Origin: Actinomycetota bacterium
GTDB taxonomy: Bacteria > Actinomycetota > Thermoleophilia > Gaiellales > Gaiellaceae
Assembly (NCBI GenBank): GCA_039648845.1
Contig: JBBWZE010000244.1
Span: forward strand, 1-42,873
DNA length: 42,873 bases
Reading direction: 5' to 3'
Below the pieces are notes generated by a model. The model was not told the origin of the DNA. It saw nothing but the letters and a program-made list of their open reading frames with translations, and made no database searches. This document shows, piece by piece, positions 24,478-33,811 of the stretch (its first letter is position 1; every line of letters starts with the position of its first letter). The position numbers and the translations under genes were made by a program.

Positions 24478-25385
24478 ACTCGCTCGACCGCCTGCTGGCC
24501 TTCACGCGTGAAGAGCCCTCCGGGTCTGACCAGAAGGACGAGGATGACAGCCGCGAACAGGAACGAGGGCAGGTACTGACTCTGGTCAGTCGGCAGAGCA
24601 CCGCCGAGCAGCCCTGAAGCGAACCCGATCGCGAACCCTCCGAGCGTCGCAGGCACGAGGCGGTTCATGCCACCCAGCACGACGCCGGCCAGGACGAGGA
24701 TCGTGTCGCGCAGGGCGAAGTCCGGCGTGACCAACGGAGTTTGCACGGTGAGCATCACTGCCACGACCGCTGCGAGCAAACCCGAGATCAATACGGCTGC
24801 GCCGATCACCCGCCCGGCCCGCACGCCGAGCAACTCGGCGGTGCGAAAGTCCATTGCCGCGGCACGCATGTGCAGTCCGACACGGGTGCGACCGAGCAGC
24901 ACGACGAGCAGCAGCAGGCAGCCGGCTGCCAGCACGGTCGCGACGATCGCGATCTTGCGAATGTCCACGCCCGAGATCGTGACCGGCTGATTCAACGTCG
25001 CAAGCGAGGCCGAGATCTTTCCGAGCGGTCCGAACCACAACAGGGCGATGCTCTGCAAGAGGAAGGCGACAGCGAACGTCGCCACGAGCATCACGGCGGG
25101 CGACTGCCCGCGTAGCGGGCGAAAGACGATCTGATCCATGAGGGCGGAGAGCGCTAGCACGACCGCAAAACAGAGGACGATGCCGACCGAGACCGGCCAG
25201 CCGCGCTCGGAGGCGAATGCGAGGGCGTACGCGCCGGCCATGACCAGCTGGCCGTAGGCGAAGTTGACGAGCCGCAGGACGCCGAAGACGAGGCCGATAC
25301 CGACGGCCATGAGTGCATAGATCGCGCCGAGACCGATTGCGTCAGCGAGCGTCTGCCAGTCGATGCCGAGGACGGCGACCGTCAT
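24474..25385 (-). CDS. livH: Branched-chain amino acid (HAAT family) ABC transporter permease, LivH-like
   Basis: 303 aa with 'GLGAIYALMAVGIGLVFGVLRLVNFAYGQLVMAGAY', typical of LivH. ATGA overlap with livF. Confidence 0.85.
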   Translation of the reverse strand: MTVAVLGIDWQTLADAIGLGAIYALMAVGIGLVFGVLRLVNFAYGQLVMAGAYALAFASERGWPVSVGIVLCFAVVLALSALMDQIVFRPLRGQSPAVMLVATFAVAFLLQSIALLWFGPLGKISASLATLNQPVTISGVDIRKIAIVATVLAAGCLLLLVVLLGRTRVGLHMRAAAMDFRTAELLGVRAGRVIGAAVLISGLLAAVVAVMLTVQTPLVTPDFALRDTILVLAGVVLGGMNRLVPATLGGFAIGFASGLLGGALPTDQSQYLPSFLFAAVILVLLVRPGGLFTREGQQAVERV

Positions 25386-26095
25386 GCGAGGTACGCGCTG
25401 ACGAGCGCGTCGGTGTCACCCGCCGATTCGGGCCCGAGAGTGAGGCGCAACTTTCCTTTGGAGAGGACGTGCGAACGGTCTGCGAATGCAACCGTCCGTT
25501 GCGCGCGTTGCTCGACGAGCAGGATCGCGAGGCCGCGCTCACGGATCGAAGCGAGCGCGTCGAAGACCAGGTCGACCACGCGCGGCGCCAGACCGAGCGA
25601 GGGCTCGTCGAGCAGCAGCACCTCCGGATCCGCGACCAGCGCCCGAGCGATCGCGAGCTGCTGCTGCTGCCCGCCTGAGAGCGTCCCCGCCTTTCTGCGC
25701 CGCGCTTCCTCGACGACGGGAAAGAGGTCGTAGACGTCACTCATATCCTCCATCACTCCCTCGCGCCTACGCCGCCCGGCGAGCCCGAGTACGAGGTTCT
25801 CCTCGACCGTGAGCTCGGCGAAGATCCGCCTCCCTTCCGGCACAAGTGCTACTCCTCGCCGGGCGACGTCCTCGGGTCGACGGCCGATGACCGAGGCCCC
25901 GTTCAAGCGCACGTCTCCGCCGGTGGGACGGACCGCGCCCATGATCGCGTGCAGCGTCGAAGACTTCCCGGCCCCGTTCGGCCCGATGAGGCCGACGATC
26001 TCGCCGCGCCCGACCTCGAAGGACAGGCCGCGCACCGCGTCCACTGCCCCGTGACGGACCTCGAGGTTCTGGACGGCGAGCACGGGAGCCTTCAC
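25382..26095 (-). CDS. livF: ABC transporter ATP-binding protein, LivF-like
   Basis: GTG at 26093-26095 overlaps the livG stop. Walker A 'GPNGAGKSS', signature 'LSGGQQQQLAIARAL' and Walker B 'LLLDEPSLGL'. 237 aa; the track ORF (412 aa) is run-through. Confidence 0.9.
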   Translation of the reverse strand: MKAPVLAVQNLEVRHGAVDAVRGLSFEVGRGEIVGLIGPNGAGKSSTLHAIMGAVRPTGGDVRLNGASVIGRRPEDVARRGVALVPEGRRIFAELTVEENLVLGLAGRRRREGVMEDMSDVYDLFPVVEEARRRKAGTLSGGQQQQLAIARALVADPEVLLLDEPSLGLAPRVVDLVFDALASIRERGLAILLVEQRAQRTVAFADRSHVLSKGKLRLTLGPESAGDTDALVSAYLA

Positions 26096-26874
26096 TGCTC
26101 CTCCTGGACGGCGCTCTCGCCGAGGTAAGCAGCCGCGACGTCGAGGTTGCGACGAATCTCCAGCGGCGTACCTTCGGCGAGCGTCCGTCCCTGGTCGAGC
26201 ACGACGATGCGGTCGCAGATCTCCATGATCAGCGCCATGTTGTGGTCGATCAGGAGCACGCCCGCGTCGTGCCCGTCCCGGACCGACCGGACCGCGTCGG
26301 CAAGCTCCGGAATCTCGGCCTCCGGGAGCCCGGCCGCGGGCTCGTCGAGCAGGACGAACCGCGGATTCGTCGCGAGAGCCCGCGCGACACCGAGTCGCCG
26401 TTCGTCGCCCTGCGCGAGCGTGTCGGCACGTGCGTCCGCATGCGCTGTGAGGGCAAGCGTGTCGAGCAACTCCACCGCCCGTCTGCGTGCCTCGCGGGCG
26501 ACTGCGCCCACGCCCAGGGCCGCAACCTCGACGTTCTCCCGCACGGAAAGGGATCGGAAAGCGTGGCTGTGCTGGAAGGTTCTGGCCAGCCCATGCCTTC
26601 CACGCCGGCTCGGGCTCCAATGCGTCACGTCACGGCCCTCGAGCTCGACGGTCCCCGCACTCGGGCGGTCGAAGCCGCTGAGCAGGTTCACCAGCGTGGA
26701 CTTGCCTGCCCCGTTCGGGCCGATCAGCCCAACCACCTCTCGTCTCCGGAGCTCGAGTGTGACGTCGCGTAGCGCATGCACGCCCTCGAAGGACCGCGAC
26801 ACGGAGGAGGCCCGGAGTGTGTCCCCGGGCCTCCTCGTCGTTTCGTCGCCGCTCGCTTCCGGCAAGCGGGACAC
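26092..26874 (-). CDS. livG: ABC transporter ATP-binding protein, LivG-like
   Basis: Walker A 'GPNGAGKSTLVNLLSG', Walker B 'VLLDEPAAGL' and an H-loop 'LIDHNM'. 260 aa with a GTG start. Confidence 0.9.
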   Translation of the reverse strand: MSRLPEASGDETTRRPGDTLRASSVSRSFEGVHALRDVTLELRRREVVGLIGPNGAGKSTLVNLLSGFDRPSAGTVELEGRDVTHWSPSRRGRHGLARTFQHSHAFRSLSVRENVEVAALGVGAVAREARRRAVELLDTLALTAHADARADTLAQGDERRLGVARALATNPRFVLLDEPAAGLPEAEIPELADAVRSVRDGHDAGVLLIDHNMALIMEICDRIVVLDQGRTLAEGTPLEIRRNLDVAAAYLGESAVQEEQ

Positions 26875-28073
26875 TAAATCTTCGCTACGACCTTGGCCAC
26901 GATCGTGCCGACCACTTTCGGCACGTTGTCCTGGATCCGGATCACGCGGTACCGGCGCCCGAACACCGTGTGGTACTTCGCCGAGAAGCTCACGTTGCCC
27001 GAGATCGTGGGCACCTTCTTGAACTTCTCCATCACCTTGGCAAGCGCACTGCCTTTCGTCGAGCCGTTCGCGCGCTTGATCGCTGTGACGAGACCGTCGA
27101 TGGCCGACGGCCCCGTGATGAATCCGCCGGTGCCTGCCTTGACCTGCTTCGCAAGCGTGTTGATGGCCGGACTCGGGTCGTCTCCGAAGGAGGAAGCGAA
27201 CGTGACGAACCAGTAGTTCGTCACCTTCGGGTTAGCCGGCAGCCAATACGTGCCGTCGCCCGCCCAGGAGTTGATGATCGGCGTGTTGTTCCCGAGCGTT
27301 CGCAATCCGGAGATCAAGGTCGACAAAGCTCCAAACGCACCTGCGGTCGACGTGACGACCACGTCCGCCTTGACGTTGTTGAGGCGGCTCACAGCGTTCT
27401 GAACGTTGTTGCCGCCGAGCGACTGGTACGTCTCCTTCGCAACGATCTTGCCGCCGAGCTGCTTGAACCGCACCTCGAAGGCCTGAACGACGTTCTTGAA
27501 ATACACGATGACGGTATCTGTCGCTAGCGCGGCCGACCTCCAGCCTCGGCTATACGCGTACTGCGCCATGGCTGAGCCTTCGTCCTGCGCGACGTTGCCG
27601 AAGCTGAACGCCAAGCGGCCCTTCGAGCCGAACCGCTTCGGGCCCATCTGATCGGTGCCGATGCAAGGAGCGATTGCGAGGACACCGCGGTCGATCGCCG
27701 CTCTGACCACGGGCGCTGCGAAGTCAACGTCACAGGTCGTGAAGAGGACGTTTGCTTTCTGCCCGAGTAGACGCAGGGCGCACGCCTTGGCAGTCGCGGG
27801 CGCGTTCTCCTGCGTGTCGCAGCTCCGGATTTGGAGCTTTCGCCCGTTGACGCCGCCCCTCGCATTGACCTGGGCAACGCGAAGCTGTGCAGCGGCCAGG
27901 GCAGGGCCGTCGAACGGCGCCATCGCGCCCTTGCCGTCGAATGCCCAACCGATGACGATCGGCGCCTTCGCCCCTGCGGTGCGATGCCCCGCGGTCGCTG
28001 CAAGCGCGCCTCCGATCAGGACGAGCGCCAGCAGCCCAGCTGTGGCGAACGCCCACCTCCCTCGAGCTCTCAT
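26874..28073 (-). CDS. ABC transporter substrate-binding protein, LivJ/Peripla_BP_6-like; ligand unknown
   Basis: 399 aa with an N-terminal signal/anchor MRARGRWAFATAGLLALVLIGGALAA. 'IVIGWAFDGKGAMAPFDGPALAAAQLRVAQVNARGGVNGRKLQIRSCDTQ' is typical of type I periplasmic binding proteins. Confidence 0.8.
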   Translation of the reverse strand: MRARGRWAFATAGLLALVLIGGALAATAGHRTAGAKAPIVIGWAFDGKGAMAPFDGPALAAAQLRVAQVNARGGVNGRKLQIRSCDTQENAPATAKACALRLLGQKANVLFTTCDVDFAAPVVRAAIDRGVLAIAPCIGTDQMGPKRFGSKGRLAFSFGNVAQDEGSAMAQYAYSRGWRSAALATDTVIVYFKNVVQAFEVRFKQLGGKIVAKETYQSLGGNNVQNAVSRLNNVKADVVVTSTAGAFGALSTLISGLRTLGNNTPIINSWAGDGTYWLPANPKVTNYWFVTFASSFGDDPSPAINTLAKQVKAGTGGFITGPSAIDGLVTAIKRANGSTKGSALAKVMEKFKKVPTISGNVSFSAKYHTVFGRRYRVIRIQDNVPKVVGTIVAKVVAKI

Positions 28074-28109
28074 GTACTGCCTCCTCTTGGGGTCGTCCTC
28101 ATTAGTCGA

Positions 28110-28928
28110 TTACACGGCACCGGGCGATACCTGGTCAAGGGACGTTTGGATTCGCGCCTCCCATACTCGCTCGAATGCTTGCTTCCCCCTTCGAGCGAGC
28201 TCTTCGGCTGGAACATCCCACAGCGAATCGGGCCAGGCGTTGCCAAACGTTCCGTTGTCGGAGAAGATCTCGAGGTCGTAGTAGCCGTCCCAGCCTGCGC
28301 GGTCGAGTGCGCCGAGGATCCGGGGAAGGTCGGCGACACCGGCGCCGGGTAGAACGCGATCGCACCACCCGCGTGTGGGCTCGCTCCAATCGGCGACGTG
28401 GACGCCGACGAAACGATGGGCATACCGCTCGATGTCCTCTACAAGCTCCGGGGTGTCCCAGACGTGCCAGGTGTCGAACTGGAGTCCGAGCGCGGATCGG
28501 TCGGCGTCGTCCAGCAGCTCGACGGCTTCGGACAGGGACGAGATCATGGTCCAGTCCTCCCCGCCGATGCGATTGACTGGCTCGAGACCGACGCGCAAGC
28601 CCAGTCGTCCAGCTTCCTCCCCGATTGTCTGCAGGCCTTCGACAACGGTGTGGCGATCCTCACCCGGCCCCGTCAGACAAACAACGCTGCTCGGCTCGAA
28701 CGTGGCGAGACGATGCAGCGACGTACAGATCGCCTCGATTCGCTGCTGCGGGTCCTCCGGCCCCTCCATCAGCGGCAGCGGCAGTATCGACGGCACCGCG
28801 GGAATCGCTGCGGCCGAGCCGAGGCCGCTGGCTTCCAACTGCTGGAGCGCCTCTGCGTCGCCTCCGTTCGGAAGCTTGATTTCCCAGATGCCGATCCCGT
28901 CCACTCCTGCAGCGGCGTACGCGCGCAC
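28110..28928 (-). CDS. Xylose-isomerase-like TIM-barrel protein (sugar phosphate isomerase/epimerase family)
   Basis: 'LGLRVGLEPVN', 'LQFDTWHVW', 'HVADW' and 'YDLEIFS', typical of the AP-endonuclease-2/TIM family. The first canonical start (GTG 28928) cuts off the in-frame upstream 'RFSISQITTLAATFAAD' first beta-strand, so the true start is probably upstream (to about 28997). Confidence 0.7.
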   Translation of the reverse strand: MRAYAAAGVDGIGIWEIKLPNGGDAEALQQLEASGLGSAAAIPAVPSILPLPLMEGPEDPQQRIEAICTSLHRLATFEPSSVVCLTGPGEDRHTVVEGLQTIGEEAGRLGLRVGLEPVNRIGGEDWTMISSLSEAVELLDDADRSALGLQFDTWHVWDTPELVEDIERYAHRFVGVHVADWSEPTRGWCDRVLPGAGVADLPRILGALDRAGWDGYYDLEIFSDNGTFGNAWPDSLWDVPAEELARRGKQAFERVWEARIQTSLDQVSPGAV

Positions 28929-28998
28929 ATCCGCCGCGAACGTCGCTGCCAGGGTGGTGATCTGCGAGATCGAGAAACGTGGCCGGATGCAGGCGATT

Positions 28999-30663
28999 CT
29001 ACGCTTGTCCGGGCCGCCGAAACGCGCCGAGCCGCCTGACCAGCCGCTGAGCGGCCCGGGGCTGAAGGAGGGCCTTCGCTACCAGGGTCCCCGAGCCGGC
29101 GCCGAGCCCCGGACCGGGCCATGTGCTGGCGCCGATCTGGAAGAGGCCGTCGATCGGAGTCCGGTGTCCGGGCTGCCTGGCGAACGGCCGCCAGAGGAAG
29201 TTCTGGTCGAGCGCGAGCGAGCCGGAGTACGGGTCGCCTTGCTCGAGGTTGATGTTCGCGGCCCGAAGATCGGCAGGTGAGAGCACGACGCGACGCAAGA
29301 TGGAGGACTCGAGGTTCGGCACGTGGCGAGCAATGCGCGCCTGGACCCGGTCGGCGTAGCGCTCACGCAGGTACTCGTCCCACGTGCCTTGCCCGACGTC
29401 GAGCTCGCCTGCCGCATCGCCCTTGACGTGCCAGGGCAGCTCCTGCAGCTGGATCCAGAGCATGCCTTTGCCGACCGGCGCGCGTGAGTCGTCGACGGCA
29501 AGCGGTTGTCCGACGACGACCGTCGCGTCGGCCGGGAGCAAGCCCCGCTCCGCTTCGTTGACTGCGCGTGAGACACCGTCGAGGCCCGGCGTGAGATGGA
29601 CGATCGCGGTCTTGCCGAGGCGGTCGTCGCCGTCCCACCGAGGCGGTTCCGACAACGCAAAGTGGATCTGCATCTCGGAGCGGCCGAATCGAAACCGTTT
29701 CCCCGCTTCCGCAACGTCCGCGGGAACGTCTGCGGCGTCGAGCAGACGTCCGTAGAGCTGCGCGGGCGTTACGTTGCAGACGACGGCGCGTTCTGCGCCG
29801 GCTGTGCCGCCACCCGCAAGACGGACTCCGGTCGCGCGTCCGCGAGTGACGAGCACTCGTTCGACGTCAGCGCCGGCCTTGCAGACGCCACCGTGATCTT
29901 CGATGAGGCGGACGAGCGCATCGACGAGACGAGCACCACCGCCACGCGGAACCGGCATGCCCCCGGCTTCGATGGCGAATGCGATCACACGCGTCATGAA
30001 TCCCGAAGCGGCAGCATCCGGCCCGAGCCCCGTGTGGAGAACCCAAGGCGCGAGCAGACCGTGCGCACGTTCCGAGCGGAAGGTCGCCGTCAGCCAGTCG
30101 CGGCTGCTCTGGACGACCTCTGCGCCGAACTCCGCGAGGCCCCGGCGCCCGAGACGGCGGTATGCCTTCGCTCCGAGGCTCAGCCCCGCGGGCGACCAGA
30201 GCTCGGTGCCGAGTACGCCGAAGACGAGCTCGGCCTGTGCGCCGACGCTCGCGATCGACTCTCGCCACGCCTCGCCGTCTCCCGCGGCGTGGCGCTCGAG
30301 CTCCGCCGCGTTTGCATCGGTGGACGTCGTCAGGAACGCGCTATCGCCGTCCGGGAACAACGTGCCCGTCGGATACTCGGTGTTCAGGTACTCGAGGCCG
30401 CGTTCGCCGAGCGCGGCGCCGAGCTCGGCGTGTGCCGGGCCTCCGACCCAGAGTGGATGCCACGCGCTGAAGACGTCGTGGCGAAAGCCCGGCTCGCTCA
30501 GCTCGGCGGTGCGGACGGCACCGCCCAGCTCCTCCTCGCGCTCGAGCACGGCGACGCGCCAGCCGGCGAGCGAGAGAAACGCGGCGCAGGCGAGAGAGTT
30601 GATACCGCTGCCGACGAGGACGGCGTCGTAGTCAGCCACACGCGAGCTCGCGGAACTCTTCAT
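28999..30663 (-). CDS. FAD/NAD(P)-binding oxidoreductase, phytoene-desaturase (CrtI)/amine-oxidase-like family
   Basis: Dinucleotide-binding motif 'YDAVLVGSGINSLACAAFLSLAGWRVAVLEREEELGG', about 550 aa. Start is ATG 30663 or GTG 30639, and both overlap the upstream gene. Confidence 0.75.
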   Translation of the reverse strand: MKSSASSRVADYDAVLVGSGINSLACAAFLSLAGWRVAVLEREEELGGAVRTAELSEPGFRHDVFSAWHPLWVGGPAHAELGAALGERGLEYLNTEYPTGTLFPDGDSAFLTTSTDANAAELERHAAGDGEAWRESIASVGAQAELVFGVLGTELWSPAGLSLGAKAYRRLGRRGLAEFGAEVVQSSRDWLTATFRSERAHGLLAPWVLHTGLGPDAAASGFMTRVIAFAIEAGGMPVPRGGGARLVDALVRLIEDHGGVCKAGADVERVLVTRGRATGVRLAGGGTAGAERAVVCNVTPAQLYGRLLDAADVPADVAEAGKRFRFGRSEMQIHFALSEPPRWDGDDRLGKTAIVHLTPGLDGVSRAVNEAERGLLPADATVVVGQPLAVDDSRAPVGKGMLWIQLQELPWHVKGDAAGELDVGQGTWDEYLRERYADRVQARIARHVPNLESSILRRVVLSPADLRAANINLEQGDPYSGSLALDQNFLWRPFARQPGHRTPIDGLFQIGASTWPGPGLGAGSGTLVAKALLQPRAAQRLVRRLGAFRRPGQA

Positions 30664-31783
30664 CGGTCACAAGCCCGCGCTTGGTCGTTCCGAGCTCCTT
30701 CACCCGCGCGAGCAGTTCGCGTTGCGCGTCGTCCGACAGATCGAGCCCCAGCTCTTCGGCCTTGATGCGAATCGAGTCGATACCGCTCTTCTTGCCCAGG
30801 ACGATGCTGCGCTCTGCGGCGACGAGGTCCGATGAGTACGGCTCGATCGCTGGAGGATCGTGAAACTGGCTCGCGACCGCACCGGATTCGCGGCGAAAGA
30901 GGTTGTCGCCGACCAGTGGCTTGAACGGCTCGAGCTCGTAGCCCGAGAGCTGACGCAGTCGCTCTGAGAAGGCGCGCGCCCTGTCGAGGCGGAGGTTCGT
31001 CTCGACGCCGTAGAGCCCTCGCAGCGCCAGAGCGATCTCCGGAAGGTTCGCGTTGCCGGCCCGCTCGCCCATGCCGTTCACTGTGCCCTGGATCCAGCTC
31101 GCGCCGGCCCGTACCGCCGCAAGAGCGGCCGCCGTGGCAAGACCGAAGTCGTTGTGCCCATGGAAGTGAATCGGGACATCGGGCCCGAGCCAGTCCTTCG
31201 TCAGGCCGACGAGCTCCGCCACAGCTTCGGGGCTCCCGATCCCGATCGTGTCGACGACGACCGCCTCCTGTGCACCTGCCTCGATCGCGGTCTTGTACAC
31301 GGTCTCGAAGTAGCCCAGATCCGCACGTGTCCCATCCACGCCAAAGAACGCGACCGTCACCCCCTGCTCCACGGCAAACGAGATCGCGTAGACGATCCGC
31401 TCGAGCATCGCCTCGCGATCGACGCCGAGCGCCGCCAGCTTCAGGTCTGAGATCGGCGACTCGATCACGCTCGCCTGGACGCCGAGCTCGAGGAGGGCCT
31501 TGACGTCTGCCTCAACCGCGCGCGAAAAGCCCCAGACCTCCGCATGCAGCCCGGCATCGCGGATCAGTTCAACCGCACGCCGGTCGTCTTGCGAGACGCG
31601 TGGGAAGCCGGCTTCGATCCGCTCGATCCCGAGCTCGTCGAGTCCTCGCGCGAGCTCGAGCTTGTCCTCGGGGCTGAGCACGACGCCGACGGTCTGCTCG
31701 CCGTCGCGCAGCGTCGTGTCGTAGAAGCCGACGTGCGCGTCGAAACGGTGCGGAATGTTCAGGTGACCGGTCCAGAAAGTCAT
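30632..31783 (-). CDS. HMGL-like (DRE-TIM) enzyme of the homocitrate / 2-isopropylmalate / citramalate synthase family, lacking the LeuA regulatory domain
   Basis: 'FYDTTLRDGEQTVGV', 'HFHGHNDFGLATAAALAAVRAGASWIQGTVNGMGERAGNA', 383 aa. Confidence 0.8.
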   Translation of the reverse strand: MTFWTGHLNIPHRFDAHVGFYDTTLRDGEQTVGVVLSPEDKLELARGLDELGIERIEAGFPRVSQDDRRAVELIRDAGLHAEVWGFSRAVEADVKALLELGVQASVIESPISDLKLAALGVDREAMLERIVYAISFAVEQGVTVAFFGVDGTRADLGYFETVYKTAIEAGAQEAVVVDTIGIGSPEAVAELVGLTKDWLGPDVPIHFHGHNDFGLATAAALAAVRAGASWIQGTVNGMGERAGNANLPEIALALRGLYGVETNLRLDRARAFSERLRQLSGYELEPFKPLVGDNLFRRESGAVASQFHDPPAIEPYSSDLVAAERSIVLGKKSGIDSIRIKAEELGLDLSDDAQRELLARVKELGTTKRGLVTDEEFRELACG

Positions 31784-32931
31784 CGGAAGTCGTCCGGATA
31801 GCTCGACAGCTTTTCGGGACCGTGGGCGGTGATGAGGAAGTTGTCCTCAATCCGGAGTCCGCCGCCGCCCTCCCAGTATGCGCCAGGTTCGATCGCCAGG
31901 ACCATGCCTTCCTCGATCGTGCCGCTCCCTGCCTGGTGCGCGTACGGCGGTTCGTGCGCACGCGCGCCGACGCCGTGCGCGACCGGATGACTGGGCTGAT
32001 GGGGGTAACCGGCCGCCGCCAGGCCATCGCGAATCAAGACATCGAGCTCGGCGAGGCTCGCGCCGGGACGGCAGTGGTCGAGCGCGCGGGCGTAGACGTC
32101 GAGCAGCACGTCGAGGAGCTCCTCGTAGGAGGGGTCGAGTGTTCCGGGACACACGTTCTTCGTGTGGTCGCACCAGTAACCGTCGGCGCAGACCCAGATC
32201 TCGAACAACGTCGGCTCGTGTTCCTGCACGGGGCGTTGCCCTGTTGCGGTGAAGGTGCGGATCCCCGTCCCTGACCACACGAGCGAGAAGCCGAGTGCAA
32301 GCTCGACTTGTCCTTTCCAACCGGTGCCTTCGCCGTGCACGAATCCCTCCCACAGCGCAGCTGCCTCGCTCTCCTTCATCCCCGGCCGGAGCTCGGTGGC
32401 CACATGCTCCATCGCCGCAGCGGCGATCTCGTTGGCGAGGCGCATCCGCTGGATTTCCTGCCTCGTCTTGATCGAGCGTGCGCGCGCGAGGAGCGGCGCG
32501 GCGTCAGCAGCCTGAGGGAACGCGTCGAACCACGCCTTCGTGAAGGTCGTGGGCTCGCCCACCATTCGGTCGGAGGCCTGTGTGCCCAGGGAAAGCTCGA
32601 GACCCACCTTCTCGTAGGGCCGGGCGGCCTCCACGACAGCCTCGAGCGTCCGGGAGAGCGGCGGGCGCGGGTCGCCCGGGTCGTACCCGGCGACGAGGAC
32701 GACACCCTTCGTCCAGGCGCTCGCGGCCGCATCGGCAGCCGACGGCTCGATCGTGATCAGCACTGGGGGCCCCTCCCGGGGGAAGACCGCCGCGTCATAG
32801 CCTTTCATCCCCCAGAAGTTCGTCAGGTAGAGGACGTTGTCCGGCGCCCGGACGACGAGCGCGTCGAGTTCCTCCTCGGCCATCAGCGCCTGGACGCGGT
32901 CGAGCTTGGCGTCGTCGTGCGGCCAGATCAC
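31780..32931 (-). CDS. M24-family metallopeptidase (Xaa-Pro aminopeptidase / creatinase-like)
   Basis: N-terminal creatinase-like domain 'LDALVVRAPDNVLYLTNFWG' and pita-bread domain 'CDHTKNV', 'PSHPVAHGVGARAHEPP', 'GMVLAIEPGAY...LRIEDNFLIT'. GTG start. Confidence 0.8.
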   Translation of the reverse strand: MIWPHDDAKLDRVQALMAEEELDALVVRAPDNVLYLTNFWGMKGYDAAVFPREGPPVLITIEPSAADAAASAWTKGVVLVAGYDPGDPRPPLSRTLEAVVEAARPYEKVGLELSLGTQASDRMVGEPTTFTKAWFDAFPQAADAAPLLARARSIKTRQEIQRMRLANEIAAAAMEHVATELRPGMKESEAAALWEGFVHGEGTGWKGQVELALGFSLVWSGTGIRTFTATGQRPVQEHEPTLFEIWVCADGYWCDHTKNVCPGTLDPSYEELLDVLLDVYARALDHCRPGASLAELDVLIRDGLAAAGYPHQPSHPVAHGVGARAHEPPYAHQAGSGTIEEGMVLAIEPGAYWEGGGGLRIEDNFLITAHGPEKLSSYPDDFR

Positions 32932-32941
32932 TCCGCCGGAA

Positions 32942-33811
32942 TCACCACGATACGCGTGGAGGTGCCGGCTCGCCGTGGGCGTCCTGCCACGAGACGACCG
33001 GGTTGCGGAGAACGCCGATCCTCTCGATCTCCGCCTCGATTACATCACCGGGCTTCAGATAGAGCGAGGCTGCGTCTTCGCTGAAGCCGGCGACCCCGCT
33101 GACGGTGCCGGTCGAGACGACGTCGCCGGCGGAATAGCCGAGCGCCGAGTAGTGCGACAGGATCTCCGGAATCGTCACGGACATGTTGCCGCTGTGCGAC
33201 TCCTGCCGGCGTTCGCCGTTGACGCGCAGCTCCATGTGGAGATCGTGCGGATCGCCGATCTCGTCGGGCGTGACGATCCACGGACCGAGCGGGCAGAACG
33301 TGTCGATGGCCTTACAGAAGGAGAAGACCCCGGAACGCATCTCACGACGTTGGATGTCGCGCGCCGTGATGTCGTTGAAGATCACGTACCCGCCGATGTA
33401 CTCCGCTGCCTCTTCGGGGCCGAACCACTTGCCTGACTTCGAGATCACGACGGCGAGCTCGAGCTCGTAGTCGAGCTCCTGGGTCAGGTGCTCCGGATAG
33501 ACGACTGGCTCGTCAGGGCCGACGATCGCGTCCACGTTCTGGAAGAAGACGATCCAGGACGCGATCTCGTGCGACCAGCCGACTCGCTTCGACTCCTCCT
33601 CGTGCTCGCGGAAATTCCCGGCCGTGTGGATGAGCTTCTTCGGGCTGATCGGCGCGCGGACTTTGACGGCTTCGAGCGCAGGTTCCTCACCCGTGGGGCG
33701 CACCGCTCCGGCTCGTTCGAAGTACTCCCTCATCGACGGTACGTCGAGCTCGACGACCGTGTCGTCGCGCAACTCACCGACCCGCCCGTCGTCGAACGTG
33801 ACGAGCTTCAC
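32942..33811 (-). CDS. Fumarylacetoacetate hydrolase (FAH) family protein
   Basis: 289 aa with 'ELDYELELAVVISK', 'GYVIFNDITARD', 'FCKAIDTFCPLGPWIVT' and 'GDVVSTGT', typical of FAH-fold hydratases/decarboxylases. Confidence 0.85.
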   Translation of the reverse strand: MKLVTFDDGRVGELRDDTVVELDVPSMREYFERAGAVRPTGEEPALEAVKVRAPISPKKLIHTAGNFREHEEESKRVGWSHEIASWIVFFQNVDAIVGPDEPVVYPEHLTQELDYELELAVVISKSGKWFGPEEAAEYIGGYVIFNDITARDIQRREMRSGVFSFCKAIDTFCPLGPWIVTPDEIGDPHDLHMELRVNGERRQESHSGNMSVTIPEILSHYSALGYSAGDVVSTGTVSGVAGFSEDAASLYLKPGDVIEAEIERIGVLRNPVVSWQDAHGEPAPPRVSW

